DNA of 64,000 nucleotides from Eledone cirrhosa (lineage: Eukaryota): NCBI GenBank assembly GCA_964016885.1, contig OZ024743.1, positions 273,606,001 through 273,670,000 of the forward strand, written 5' to 3'. Of the stretch, positions 1-12,491 are shown in pieces; within the stretch, counting starts at the first letter, position 1, and each line of letters begins with the position of its first letter. A model generated the notes under the pieces. It did no database searches, was not told the origin of the DNA, and was given only the letters and a program-made list of their open reading frames with translations. A program made the translations under genes and the position numbers.

Positions 1-356
1 TTTTTGGGGGGGGGGGGGGTATACTATCATTGTGGTCGATTTGTTGCTAACTTATATTTGGTGTTAAGATTTTGGACACTTAATCTTTCTTTTTTATTTT
101 CTTGGGGCATAATGAAATAATTTACTGCATTATAACCTTAAAAAATAACATCCTGTTCTAAATTTGAATAGTCATAAATAGTATTAATAATAATCCCCTC
201 AACATGATCCCTAGCAATAAATAGTCACCTGTTACTATCTCTGTAAATAATTTATCCTTGTTGGATGTCAATTTTCTTTTAAACAGTTTCTAACGCGAAC
301 ATGCTCAGAGTTGATGTATATTATTTTCGAATATAATATTACAAAATAAAATATAA

Positions 357-733
357 TAATTGTCCCTACTTTTGGCACAAGGCCACCAATTATCCTAATG
401 GATTACTGGTACTTTATTTTATCTACCCCACAAGGACGAAAGGCAAAGTTAACCTCGGCAAGACTTGAACTTAGAACGTAAAGGTCCATAACTCTATGCT
501 ACACAGTATGAAGTCCAACGTTCTACCGATACTGCCAATAATATAATAATTGTTTCTACATTTGGCACAAGGCCAGCAATTACCCCAGTGCATTACTGAT
601 ACTTTATTTTATCGACCCCGTAAGGATGAAAAGCAAAGTTAATCTCGGCGGGATTTGAACTCAGAATGGCAAGGGCCGTAACTCTATGCGTCAACGCATG
701 GTGTCCGGCCCTCTACCATACTGCCAGCCCAGC
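357..733 (-). mobile_element. Two tandem copies of tRNA-derived SINE family A (Nin/Deu-like core)
   Basis: Reverse complement of the element at 2059-2250 occurs twice (about 357-538 and 546-733). B box reads GAGTTCAAATCC on minus; core GCCTTTCATCCTTACGGGGTCGATAAAATAAAGTACC-like. Confidence 0.85.
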
Positions 734-1400
734 AATAATATAATAATGACATCGACAGTACTTTTACTGTTTATATACGCTGGTTATACAGATATTTTTT
801 TCTTCTTTGGTCTCAGGTGAAAATATCCATTCCTTGTTCGTATTCGGATAATTTTCAGGCACACAGTTTTTCTCCGTATGTTAAATATTCGTATAGAGTG
901 GAATTTTCTGACTGCAAAATATATGTGAGATTGGCCAGCTTCACATTATAAAATAACGTTTTGTTTAATGTTATTTATAATAATTTCAAGACCCTACATG
1001 AATTGCTCAACAAAACTGAAGAGATTCATAATTTGAAGACTTTTAAAGCATAAAATGTTGCAGCATTCATAGAAAGAAAATATACCTTCCTCTCCCTGTA
1101 TCCACGTGCAATATCATAGAATAGAAGAAGACCATGTTTATTGCAATCTTAACATATCCCAATAGATATTCCTGTAAAACTAGACAATAAGTTATTAGCG
1201 AGCGTTAGAATTGTCTTTGATTTATTCATTTGTTTTGTAAAGAAGTTCAACGTGATGTCATCACATGTATTCATTTCCTGCATGTTTGGTTGATGACAAA
1301 CAAGACTAATTTTAATTTTTGTCGGACATGACGAAAACATCAAACGCATCTAATTAAATATGCTTAACGAAACCTAGGCAATTGCCCGTACTGCTTTAGC

Positions 1401-1670
1401 GTTCTTCTTCTTCTTCTTCTTCTTCTTCTTCTTCTTCTTCTTCTTCTTCTTCTTCTTCTTCTTCTTCTTCTTCTTCTTCTTTGTATGAAGGTCGCTGGGG
1501 CAGAGTCTTCAAGCACGCCTTCAAGTGGATTCTGTCAGGAGCAACCGTCTTTGATTGATCCGGTTGGATCCCCAAGTGAGACAAGCCGAGTTCATGGCTG
1601 CTATCCCACCATCTTGCGTGGAGGAGCGGGGTCTATCCCTGAAACCCCTGCCACTTGGTTTAGCCCGTAA
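1401..1670 (-). mobile_element. 3' end of an RTE-like LINE with (GAA)n tail
   Basis: Minus strand encodes a decayed ..RDRPR..LGI..VAPDRIH.. C-terminus followed directly by a (GAA)n tail (1401-1481). Confidence 0.55.
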
Positions 1671-2058
1671 AATATATCCAGTGATTCTTTCCTGAGTCCT
1701 TCAAAGCACATTTCCGTAGTAGCTGTAACCACACAATTTGGAGTTTATCAATTACCAGTAGGTAAGAGATGCGACTGATATTAATAATTAAATGGGACCT
1801 CTGATGAATGAGGAGGTCAGATTATCGTTGTTTTTCTAGTACTATGCAGTCTTATTGTTGATTATTGAAGATGGTTTTGAAGGTTAAGCTTTTCTTATTG
1901 TATAATATTCCAAATGATCACCAACAATGTTGAATATCGCCATTGCAAGTATATTTCTAACTTTTGAGGTGCATGTCTGAAATGAAATGCTGTGTGGATG
2001 TCTTTTGAACTTCCATTGATGCTATATAGCCTTCGTATCGGATATTATTTCTTTTAAT

Positions 2059-2250
2059 GGCGGTGGATTAGCAGTATCGGTAGAAGGTCGGACGACATTC
2101 TTTGACGTATAGAGTTACGGCTCTTGCCATTCTGAGTTCAAATCCCGCCGTGCTTAACTTTGCCATTCATCCTTACGGGGTCGATAAAATAAAGTACCAG
2201 TAATGCTCTGGGTAATTGCTGGCCTTGTGCCAAAAGTAGAAACAATTATT
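2059..2250 (+). mobile_element. SINE family A, full length, with 14-bp target-site duplication
   Basis: A box TAGCAGTATCGG, B box GAGTTCAAATCC, (ATT)n tail. ATTATTTCTTTTAA is repeated at 2044-2057 and 2245-2258. Confidence 0.9.
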
Positions 2251-2386
2251 TCTTTTAAAATTAGATTAATTTCTAATTATTCTTTTTTAGGAATTATCAT
2301 ATCTGGTTATATTTTCTTTCTCGCTCTTTCTCTCCATCTATCCCCCATTATCTGTGTGTGAGTCTCTCTCTCATACACACATTCTC

Positions 2387-2485
<99 letters not shown>

Positions 2486-2539
2486 TTTCTCTTTCTGTCT
2501 CCCTCTATCTCTATCTATCTATATCCATATCTTTGCCAG

Positions 2540-4240
2540 ACACATATTACAGCCTTTACTGAGGAGGCCATATCTGAACGCTTTAATTGTCCGAAAAAGA
2601 GATGCAAGAATACATTCGAGGTCAAGCAAGCTAAAGAAAAGTCTGGGGATTTCCCCAGATACAGCATAGTCGACCAGATTTTTTTCCTCTCCGGCAGTTA
2701 TTTGAGAGATCTTAGCTGGATTGTCAAAAGCTGTACGTTAGTTTTATGCCCCTCGAAGAGGCATACTATCACAATTATCAAGAGTATCTGATTTTCTACT
2801 TTACGTTTCTCACTTTTAGTTCCCTTGCCCTTTTTACGCAACCCCTCCTATTTTCTAGTGAACTTGGCGTGGACGAATATTTTATTATGATCATAAAACT
2901 TCCTATTTTACCTCCACTACCTTGCGTCTTGAGTGAATGACTTTTACTATAGCTCGATAGAAGCCTTTTGAGCTGCAATTGTGTAAAAAGTACTGGCTTA
3001 CCTACATTCGTTCTACTTCTACCTCCTTTAAAGCAAGGTTCTATAATCATTCTTCTACATTTAAATCTCCACTTAAAAGGACTAGCACCACCCCCTCAGA
3101 ACTTATTTGGTCCTTAAAAGACAAAATCATAAATTACGAAAGTTCTTGGCGAAAAATATACAACGCATACTCCTATGCTTCCATATCTAGTGTTTGTAAT
3201 TTATGTTTAGTTGAAAAATTTACCATTATCTCGAATTCCAACACAGTAATAAATCGAATAACCGATTTATTTGGACTTTGTAATTATAAATCCTACAAGA
3301 CCTTTCACAAAGTATATAGCTGATGTCCTATAACATATTCCATGATATTCACGGTTATCTTTACACATCTTTCATTATATTCTACAATGTATTAATTTGG
3401 TTTTCTCATCATATATTATGCCTTTGATCTTTTTTCTATACCCTTAGACTTTCGCTCAAACCTTCGTAGATTTTGTAAACAAATTATGACGTCATATATC
3501 TTTATACGTTTATAAACCTTTCTAGCAATTTATTTACTTATTGATATAAAATAAAAACGTTTATAAACCTTTATAAAACGTTTATAAATCTTTCTAGCAA
3601 TTTATTTACTTATTGATAAAAAATAAAAATTAAAGAGTATACCCCCACATATATAGATTTTTACTAGAAATTATTAATTTTAAACATAGATGGACTATTT
3701 TCATTTTTATTTTATTTTATAAAAACCTTTTTTTTATATTTATATATTTTTTTATATTTATTTTATTTTATTTTATTTTATTTTATTAATACAATTTTAC
3801 ACTTCTTAATCCAATTTTCAGTATTTAAACCAAATATAAAATAATATACACAGTTTCTATATTTAGATCTCTAACATTTGAATACCGTCTATAATATTCG
3901 CACATACACCTCATCAATTTACTTTTTAACCGTTATTTACAGCTGTTTTTATTTTGACAGCGTTCCTGATTTCTCTCCCTCTCTTCTTTTTTTTATTTTT
4001 TTTGTCCTTTCTTCTCTTTCTTTTCTTTTTTCTCCTCTTCTTTCCTTTTCGTCTATTTTCCTATCAATTCCTTACTATAGTATCATGTGTAGGCTTAGCA
4101 CTTTCCTGTAAACAGGTGCTATTATGCCTCATTTTAACTTAATTTATCAGAGGAGTATACCATTTTTGCCCCAGGATGATTTTGTATTCGAAATGCGCAT
4201 AATAAAATATATGGAACTCTTTTAACCATCTTTTAATGTG
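2540..4240 (+). mobile_element. Decayed Penelope-like element: GIY-YIG endonuclease remnant, AT-rich 3' region and pLTR hammerhead
   Basis: ORF 2979-3323 YIRSTSTSFKARFYNH..SELIWSLKDK..W..CNLCLVEK matches the PLE GIY-YIG C-terminus; hammerhead-like motif at 4144-4205. Confidence 0.8.
4144..4205 (+). ncRNA. Type I minimal hammerhead-like motif (decayed or variant core)
   Basis: TTAT-CAGAGGA-stemII-GAAA-TGCGCA-TA-ATAA with palindromic stem III; downstream flank is shared with the 23070-23412 element. Confidence 0.6.
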
Positions 4241-5635
4241 TTCATTATATATACAACACACACAAAAACAAGATGGCGTCGGACAGAACAAATGAGGGGC
4301 ACAAAAACAAAGAAAACAATCCCCAGTCACTGAAAAGGTCACATAATGTGTGACTAAAGAACTTTGAAATATATGAACAACCGTCCGGTTGTGGAACCAA
4401 CCAACCGGAAATTTATAAATTCTTAAATTTATAATAAATTGGAGTGAAAGCAAGTGGTGCGCGTGTTTCCTATTGGCAACATGACCCCCCCCCCCCCCCC
4501 CAAAGCATAACACTATCTCGGTTTCAACACACGTTTTCAGATAAAGAATCTTGCTAAACAAATTCAGAAACGAAATATATATATATATATATCATAAATC
4601 ATATCCTTAGAATCACTAGATAAAATATATACCATTTCTTCTCCCAATTAGCATAACTAACCATATAAAAAATCAATTAGACCAAGCTATAAGAATAAAG
4701 GCTCCTATGAAATCATTTTCGAGAAATATTCGAAAGCGGCCTCTTCTAAATATATATATTTAGCAACTTCTAGCCCGGTCAACTGCCCTCAAGTGATGAT
4801 TATTAAGTCTTCCCATGTTCTTGTGGCGAAGGTGCGTAGGCTTATAGTGTACTACCACCACCCTAGAGGCCAGCGGTGAGATCAGGTTACATTCAAGCTG
4901 GTCAGGAGTGCTAGAAACTGCCGCGAAAAATATTTTTTAAAAAAGATATTTCCTTAACAAAGTTATATATATGGCGTCAGCACAGTATATTGTATGGTCA
5001 GAAATTAGGATTAACAATTAAAAACGTTAAATTTATGTTTAGAGTTAAAAAATGTCATTTAAGATGAAATTAGAAAAGTAAGATTTCGGTTTTAAGTTGG
5101 GAGATTTAGTTAAAGAAATTACAGAAGGAGGCTTTTATGAAAAAGTATAAGTGTATTATAGATATTCACGATAAAGTTTCAGAGTAGGATATAGAGTAAA
5201 GATTAAGCCCTTGCTTAGCAGTCAAAACCAGCGACGACTGCAGACCTCCGGCCAGCCATACCCTAACTACGTGCCAGCCGTTCCGAGGAATATCGTCTAG
5301 CTAAAGAAATGCAAATTTATTTTTCCGAGCACTCCAGGAATATTAATGTTTTAAAGCGTCGGGTGTGTTAGCGGGAAGTCCGCCACCGTCAGCTGGCTAT
5401 CGTATATACCTATCGATTACTAGTTATTCACACTGTTGGGGGATTTAATTGAGTGCTAGTAGAAGGAGGCATGATACATTTAAATGTTATGATTAAGTCT
5501 AGAATGTAAAGATGTTTGGCGGTCAATAACCAGTTGCACGGCGTCTGAGAGGGCCCCAGGGAGAAACAGCCGTTCCGAGTATTTTCGTTTACCGAAAGAA
5601 GGGGAAATTTAATTTATTCCTTTGTTATATTTCGA

Positions 5636-5693
5636 ATACCTGATGATGTCACCGGATTCATACTGTACCCGGTTATTAAAATGATCATAGTAT
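5636..5693 (+). ncRNA. Decayed type I hammerhead motif
   Basis: ATAC-CTGATGA-(ACCGG/CCGGT stem II)-AAAA in place of GAAA-TGATCA-TA-GTAT; the element ends in (TA)n. Confidence 0.55.
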
Positions 5694-5773
5694 AATAAAC
5701 CTTTTAAGGAATTACACCATTCCAGCCTCCTGTTATTTTATAATATATATATATATATATAATCAAGGTTTAG

Positions 5774-5841
<68 letters not shown>

Positions 5842-6566
5842 TATAAACCCACTGTTTACGTTGTCTCTCTCTCATACCCTTTTTTAATGTCTCACTTCTA
5901 TTCTCATCTGCATGCTAATGTTTTGCTTCTCAAACAATCCTGACTTTCTAGTCTTTCTCTTTGCCTTAATTTCTGTCTCACTCATTATCTCTCTTCTTTC
6001 TTTTTTTCACCATCTCCCATTCCCCCTTCTCTTTTTACATTTCCAATGTCATCCCCCATATGATCTACTCTCAAACTTTCTCCACTTTTTACATCCCTTT
6101 TCACATTCCACCTGTTAACATTCTTTATTACTCTTCTCACTTTTATGCCCAACTCATCTATCTTTTCCTTTTCACAACTTTCTCCATTCCTTCATTTTAG
6201 CGTTCCGTTTCCCTTTGCTTCATTTTACACCCCTTCTTCTCGCCCATGCCCCACTTTATGTCGCTTTCCCATAATGTTACGTCCCCTCTCACGTTTTACA
6301 CATTTTTTAGCATTCCTTTTCCACTCTCTATCTCACTTATTTTACTCTTTCTTATTCCTTCCTGTTTAAATCTCCTGTCTTAATTGTCTTTCATTCTTAT
6401 TATATCTCCTATTTTCGCCCATTCGTTTCTTCACTTATCACCCGCCATTCCTTCTCACTCTATCTCTGTTCGTCTTTTAGTTACTCTCTCCCATTCCTCC
6501 TCTTCTCTCTCTCTTTCTCTGTATCTCTATCATTCCCTTTCATCCTACTCCACCGATATCCATTGT

Positions 6567-6708
6567 GAAGGCGCATGGCTTAGTGGTTAGAGCATTGGGT
6601 TTGTAATCGAAAGGCTGTGAGTTCAAATCTCGGACCGGGATTGTGTTGTTTCCTTGAGCAAGACACTTTATTTCACGTTGCTCCAGTTTACTCAGCTGTA
6701 GAAATGAG
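6567..6708 (+). mobile_element. tRNA-derived SINE family B (CORE-like domain)
   Basis: A box TGGCTTAGTGG, B box GAGTTCAAATC, then CCTTGAGCAAGACACTTTATTTCAC. Confidence 0.8.
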
Positions 6709-7408
6709 ATGATAGGACTGGGGTCCCTATCATTAAATTACCCAAGAGACTTCCAACGGGATATACCTTGGAGGAGGCCAGCTAAGCCCTATACCTATAC
6801 CCATTACGTCTCTCTTTATTCCTTCACAATCTCATTCCTTCTATCACTCTATCCCCCATTCATCCTTTCCCCGCTTCCAGTGCTCCATTTCTCTCTTCCA
6901 TTCATCCTTCTCCCTCCCATTTTTTCTCTCTCTCTCCTGTCATTCTATAATATTTTCTGTCTTTTTCGTCATTTCTGGCTCAACACATTATTTACATCTT
7001 TTTCCATCAATTCTTCTATCAATAGTGTTCTGATTTTTCCTCTTTCTTTCTTTTTTCTCATCTATTGTTTCTCTCCTCTATAGCTCTACCATTCTCTCGC
7101 TCGCCTTCTCTGTTTTCTATCACTTTAACCTTTTCTCTCGCTCGTAATAATTCTGTTATTTACCTGTCCATGTTTATGTCTTCTTTCTCTATTATTTTTT
7201 CCTACGATTTTTCCATTTAATTATTATTTTTTTGTTCTATATCTACCACATTTTTTTCTATCTTCCCTTTTCTCCCATATTCTCTTTTCTAAACATATGT
7301 TGCCACATTTTAACTTCTTCATATTGTTTTGAGATATTTTATTTATCATGCAGCATTCTCCCTATCATACTTGCTTCCTCTCCTTCACTTTTTTACTCTC
7401 TCTCTCTT

Positions 7409-7498
<90 letters not shown>

Positions 7499-7514
7499 GC
7501 TCGCTCTCTCTCTT

Positions 7515-7547
<33 letters not shown>

Positions 7548-8326
7548 CGGTCTCTCTCTCTGTCGCCCTCTCTCTCTCTCCCTCTCTCTCTTTCACACAC
7601 ACACATATATAAGCAGGTACATACAACTGTCGAAACACAAACAAATACATACGGGTGCACGCATATAGTCAGATATTCGCCTTTGCATACACACATAGGC
7701 AGATACACATACTTACACTCATATGAGCAGGTGGAAATGTTTACATATATGTAGGTAGATAAAGAGGCTTACACACATATATGAAGTCATACACAGACAG
7801 ACACACGTTTACTCTACAAAGGTAGTTACACATATACACTCGCAACAACATATATAAATACGTACACAAATAGAGTTTACAAGTTCTTAGGCACAAGTAC
7901 GTTTACATAAGATAACGACAGAGTTTACACACACATATGCATGCATCCACAGCCATATGTGGACATGCTTTTGCACACGTGTGCATGCACATGTACCACG
8001 CGCAAGGACACGATCCTTCGCTCAAGCACACGCGCTTTTACACATGCGCACTTATTTACACGCACATATGAACAATTTCAAGTATATAAACAGAGAAAAA
8101 ATGAATGCACAAAGCCATATACACACACGTTTTCACCTGTGCATACACTTATACGTGAACTCATATATACAAGTTTGTAGAAACACCTGCATATGCATTG
8201 AGACAATTCCACTTATATGTATATATTTTATGTATGTATATATATGTGTGTGTGTGAGTGTGTGTATGTGTATATGTGAAGATATATATATATATATATA
8301 TATGGGTGTGTGTGTGTGTGTGTATG

Positions 8327-8399
<73 letters not shown>

Positions 8400-8481
8400 C
8401 TGCATACTAAGGTTTTGGTGGTACAACCAACATATACTCAAAATCTCTCTCTATATATAAATATATAAATATATATATATA

Positions 8482-8829
8482 TGTAAGCTATCGCCGTATT
8501 TTGACTAAAGAAATTAAAGAAATTATTTAGCCTCATAGTGGGGTTAGGAACCCTCGGAGAAATGGAAAAAGATGAGTATTGGCGTACATGGGAGTCGAAC
8601 CCACATCTTTAGTTATCCAGACCACTGTGCTACCATTTACACCAACACATCACCGTGGTCAATACACCAACACATCACCGTACGTCAATACTCATCTTTT
8701 TCCATTTCTCCGAGGATTCTTAACCCCACTATCAGGCTAAATAATTTCTTTAATTTCTTCAGTCAAAATACGGCGTTAGCTTACATTTATAATAATTTCA
8801 AACCCGCTCGGTGTTTCGAAAAATAGTCT

Positions 8830-8832
<3 letters not shown>
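8482..8832 (-). mobile_element. tRNA-headed small element with inverted duplication, in (TA)n
   Basis: Minus strand 8575-8655 reads TGGTGTAAATGG..GTGGGTTCGACTCCCAT followed by TTTTT. Arms 8482-8586 and 8680-8786 are inverted repeats. Confidence 0.75.
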
Positions 8833-8887
<55 letters not shown>

Positions 8888-8889
<2 letters not shown>

Positions 8890-9749
8890 AAATTTAGTAT
8901 ATCTACCAACATATGCGTACATATGTACACTAATGCTAGCAAATGCATAGGTTATGTCATAGTACCTAGGTGGTTCAATGCAGGAGGATGCCGAACAATA
9001 ATATGAAAGACGTAAAATAAGAAAATTTAAAAAAAAATTAAAAATTGACTTACTAAAATTTTCACTTCAACTAATTAGTTTCTGTAATGGGATAAAGATA
9101 GTTACGTAATATAACCATCGAGAATTCATTACGTCATCAGGGAGTCTATTCTCAGCTAAGTCTCCAGGCAATGCGCGGACACTAGGGACTCATATAAAAA
9201 TAATAATAATTCGGTGGATGGAACAGCTAGCAGGGACTGGATTCCATGCACTGAAAAAGTTCGCTGTCTATGGTCAAATGGCAGATTCTAAAGAATCAAT
9301 CATGTGACACTGAAGCTAGTCGGAAGGAGTGGGTTGGTAAGATGACAAAGGCCTACTACCACACCAATGAATTAGTAGTGGATTTGGCAGGTTTGCTCAA
9401 CAAATAAATAATTTGGAGATAAATATAGAAAATTTAGTATATCTACCTACATATGCGTACAGATGTACACTAATGCTAGCAAATACATAGGTTATGTCAT
9501 AGTACCCAGGAGGATGCAGAACAATAATATGAAAGACGTAAAATAAGAAAATTTAAAAAAAAAATTAAAAATTAACTTACTAAAATAAACTTACTAAAAT
9601 TTTCACTCCAACTAATTAGTTTCTGTAATGGGATAAATATAGTTACGTAATATAACCATCGAGAATCCATTACGTGTTGAGCAAACCTGCCAAATCCACT
9701 ACTAATTCATTGGTGTGGTAGTAGGCCTTTGTCATCTTACCAACCCACC
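8888..9749 (-). mobile_element. Retrozyme-like element: 540-nt unit, partial tandem plus 5' inversion, with hammerhead
   Basis: Direct repeat 8891/9431. Segment 9676-9749 is the reverse complement of 9329-9401. Hammerhead at 9064-9145. Confidence 0.8.
9064..9145 (-). ncRNA. Type I hammerhead with extended stem-loop II
   Basis: ACTCC-CTGATGA-cGTAATG..CATTACa-GAAA-CTAATTAG-TT-G(A/G)AGT; the second repeat has a perfect GGAGT stem I partner. Confidence 0.75.
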
Positions 9750-9756
9750 ATCAATT

Positions 9757-9920
9757 AGCCAGTGCATTCTTAGTACTTTATTTTATCAAATCCATAAGGA
9801 TAACATGCAAAGTTAGCCTCGGCGGATTTGAAATCAGAACGCTTTTTTCATACGCCATTACTTCATATTGCAAAGCATGGTGACTGGCGTTCTACTGATA
9901 CTGTCAATCTACCGGCCTTA
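9757..9920 (-). mobile_element. SINE family A, decayed
   Basis: GTACTTTATTTTATC..AAAGTTAGCCTCGGCGGATTTGAA similarity to the other copies. Confidence 0.7.
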
Positions 9921-10280
9921 ATAAGAACAGCAACAACAACGACTTAGACGGCGACAACAACAACCGTCACCAAAGTATGTAAGATATTAACTCAGAACCA
10001 ACAAATAAATGAATAAATAGGAACCACAATAGAATCATCACATAAACCACGCACATAGACACGCGATTTAGTGTATATATATATATATATCAATAATATT
10101 ATAATATGGATACTATCTTTATAAAATCATATTTATTCTAATATATATATATATTTCAAGGGTACCAAAATGTTGGTACGCTCTTATCAGATAAAATACA
10201 AAGGTTGTTTTTTAAATAGTGACATATCCCAAGACAGGAACTTATCGTTTTAAGTTCTGTTTGAATATATATATATATAT

Positions 10281-10621
10281 ATTAGAAATAGAATAGCTTT
10301 CACCGTATTTTTTTAACTAAAGAAATTTTAGTCTGATAATGAGGTTTAGAACTCTCAGATAAATGGAAAAAGATAAGTATTGATGTACATGGGAGTCGAA
10401 CCCACATCTTTGGATATCCACACCCCTGTGCTACATTTACACCAACACATTACCCCTCTCTCTCCATTCAAATTAGAAGCTAAATTCTTAGCGAGTATAA
10501 ATTACAAGTAAGTATGTTTTGGAACAGTGAGCAGGTTTGAATTTAGAAATAGAATAGCTTTCACCATATTTATTTTACTAAAGAAATTTTAGTCTGATAA
10601 TGGGGTTTAGAACCCTCAGAT
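10281..10621 (-). mobile_element. tRNA-headed small element, ~261-nt unit in partial tandem
   Basis: TTAGAAATAGAATAGCTTTCACC is repeated at 10282 and 10543; same tRNA-like head as 8482-8832. Confidence 0.75.
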
Positions 10622-10774
10622 AACACAGTTAATGCAAGAGGATAGTTTGTTAGTCAGATGTAGTAGTTAGCGTATGCGTTAGTTACACGTGGGGCATGCA
10701 AGTGTGTCCCATTTATATATGATTATTGTGTGGCAGGGTGTTACATGTAATACAAGCACTTTAAGCGTGAATTC

Positions 10775-10811
<37 letters not shown>

Positions 10812-10816
<5 letters not shown>

Positions 10817-11017
10817 GAAGGAAATGTGGTAAGGAACCAGGTGGACCATAACGCACCAAAGTACTCAATACTTAGGGTAGTAGAGTGGGTAATAGGAACA
10901 AGTAAGACCCCGAAGGCTGAGCACAAGCCGTTTCGACGGCTAATTCTGGACTGAATCATTCAGTCCAGAATTAGCCGTCAAAACGGCTTGAGCACAGCAA
11001 TCGGGGTCTTACTTGTT

Positions 11018-11021
<4 letters not shown>
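10812..11021. mobile_element. Fold-back mini-element with 3' half of a hammerhead, in (TA)n
   Basis: Palindrome 10892-11021 centred on GACTGAATCATTCAGTC; minus arm has GAAA-CGGCT..AGCC-TTC-GGGG. A related fragment lies at 36232-36296. Confidence 0.65.
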
Positions 11022-11059
<38 letters not shown>

Positions 11060-11063
<4 letters not shown>

Positions 11064-12145
11064 GTTGGTGCGAGCAACGGCTAAAAAAAGTCGTTGGGAC
11101 ACGTAAATAAAGGGGACGCTAAGGTAAACAAACAAAATGGTTTAAGCAACAGAAAGTGATGAAGAAAGTGACAAGTTCCAGATTTCTATGAATATAAATT
11201 CGGTGAAATCGTGAACGAGAGAATAAAGACCATCAAACCTGGTTGAAATGTGAGCAAGGAAAGAATTTCGCACAGGTCTAACGGGAGGAAGAAGGGATCT
11301 AGTCTGTGATTTCGGTGAACGTAAGTTCGGTGAACGTAAGTTCGGTGAACGTAAGTTCTGTAGACGAGAGAGAGAGAAAAAAAAACGACCTGCCAGACCA
11401 AGAGTGCGAAAGAAAAGAATTACGCACAGGCCAAACGGGAAGAAGGAGGAGGGGGAGAGGTAGTGACAGAGAATGAGTGAGTGAAGGGTGAGGAAGAGGC
11501 TAAAAGAGAGAGAGAGACTGCTAGAAAGGGTAAAGATACAAAGAACGAAACAGACGGGTAGCAGCAGAGGAAAAAATATATGTGTAAATATGATAATAAT
11601 GGAGCTGCGGCGTTGCAAATGGGTTACATATGAAAAAGTTTGTCCTTCATCAGTGGTCTTCCAACCGTCCTAGGCATTTCATCGCTTTAAAGACCATATA
11701 CCTCAGGTTGGTGCGAGCAACGGCTAAAAAAAGTCGTTGGGACACGTAAATAAAGGGGACGCTAGGGTAAACAAACAAAATGGTTTAAGCAACAGAAAGT
11801 GATGAAGAAAGTGACAAGTCCCAGATTTCTATGAATATAAATTCTGTGAAATCGTGAACGAGAGAATAAAGACCATCAAACCTGGTTGAAATGTGAGCAA
11901 GGAAGGAATTTATTATTATCATATTTACACATATATTTTTTCCTCTGCTGCTACCCGTCTGTTTCGTTCTTTGTATCTTTACCCTTTCTAGCAGTCTCTC
12001 TTTCTCTGTTAGCTTCTTCCTCACCCTTCACTCACTCATTCTCTGTCACTACCTCTCCTCCTCCTCTTTCTTCCCGTTTGACCTGTCCGTAATTCTTTTC
12101 TCGCGCGTTCTTGGCCAAGCCGGTATGAATTTTTTTCTCTCTCTC

Positions 12146-12207
<62 letters not shown>

Positions 12208-12491
12208 CGTCTGCGACTTCACAGAACTTATGTTTACCGAATTCGCAGACCAGACCCCTTCTTCCTCACGTTAGACTTGTGCGAAATTCCTTCCTTGCTC
12301 ACATTTCAACCAGGTTTGATGGTCTTTATTCTCTTGTTCACGATTTCACCGAATTTATATTCATATAACTCTGGGACTTGTCTCTTTCTTCATCACTTTC
12401 TGTTGCTTAAACCATTTTGTTTGTTTACCCTAGCGTCCCCTTTATTTACGTGTCCCAACGACTTTTTTTAGCCGTTGCTCGCACCAACCTG

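Noticed and set aside
8575-8660. Functional tRNA gene
   Set aside because: Acceptor and anticodon stems are imperfect and differ between copies; it is part of a dispersed repeat.
11311-11355. CRISPR-like short repeats (also 43789-43886)
   Set aside because: Head-to-tail 15-18-bp tandem repeats without spacers, in eukaryotic DNA.
11642-11743. Twister ribozyme, box C/D snoRNA or SECIS reading of the family D motif
   Set aside because: GUCCCAA is not accompanied by the other twister elements. The CUGANGA position varies (U/G/C), unlike box C. The hammerhead stem I and III register fits exactly.
12277-12471. Small protein encoded by family D
   Set aside because: Reading frames and starts differ among copies; conservation is better explained at the RNA level.
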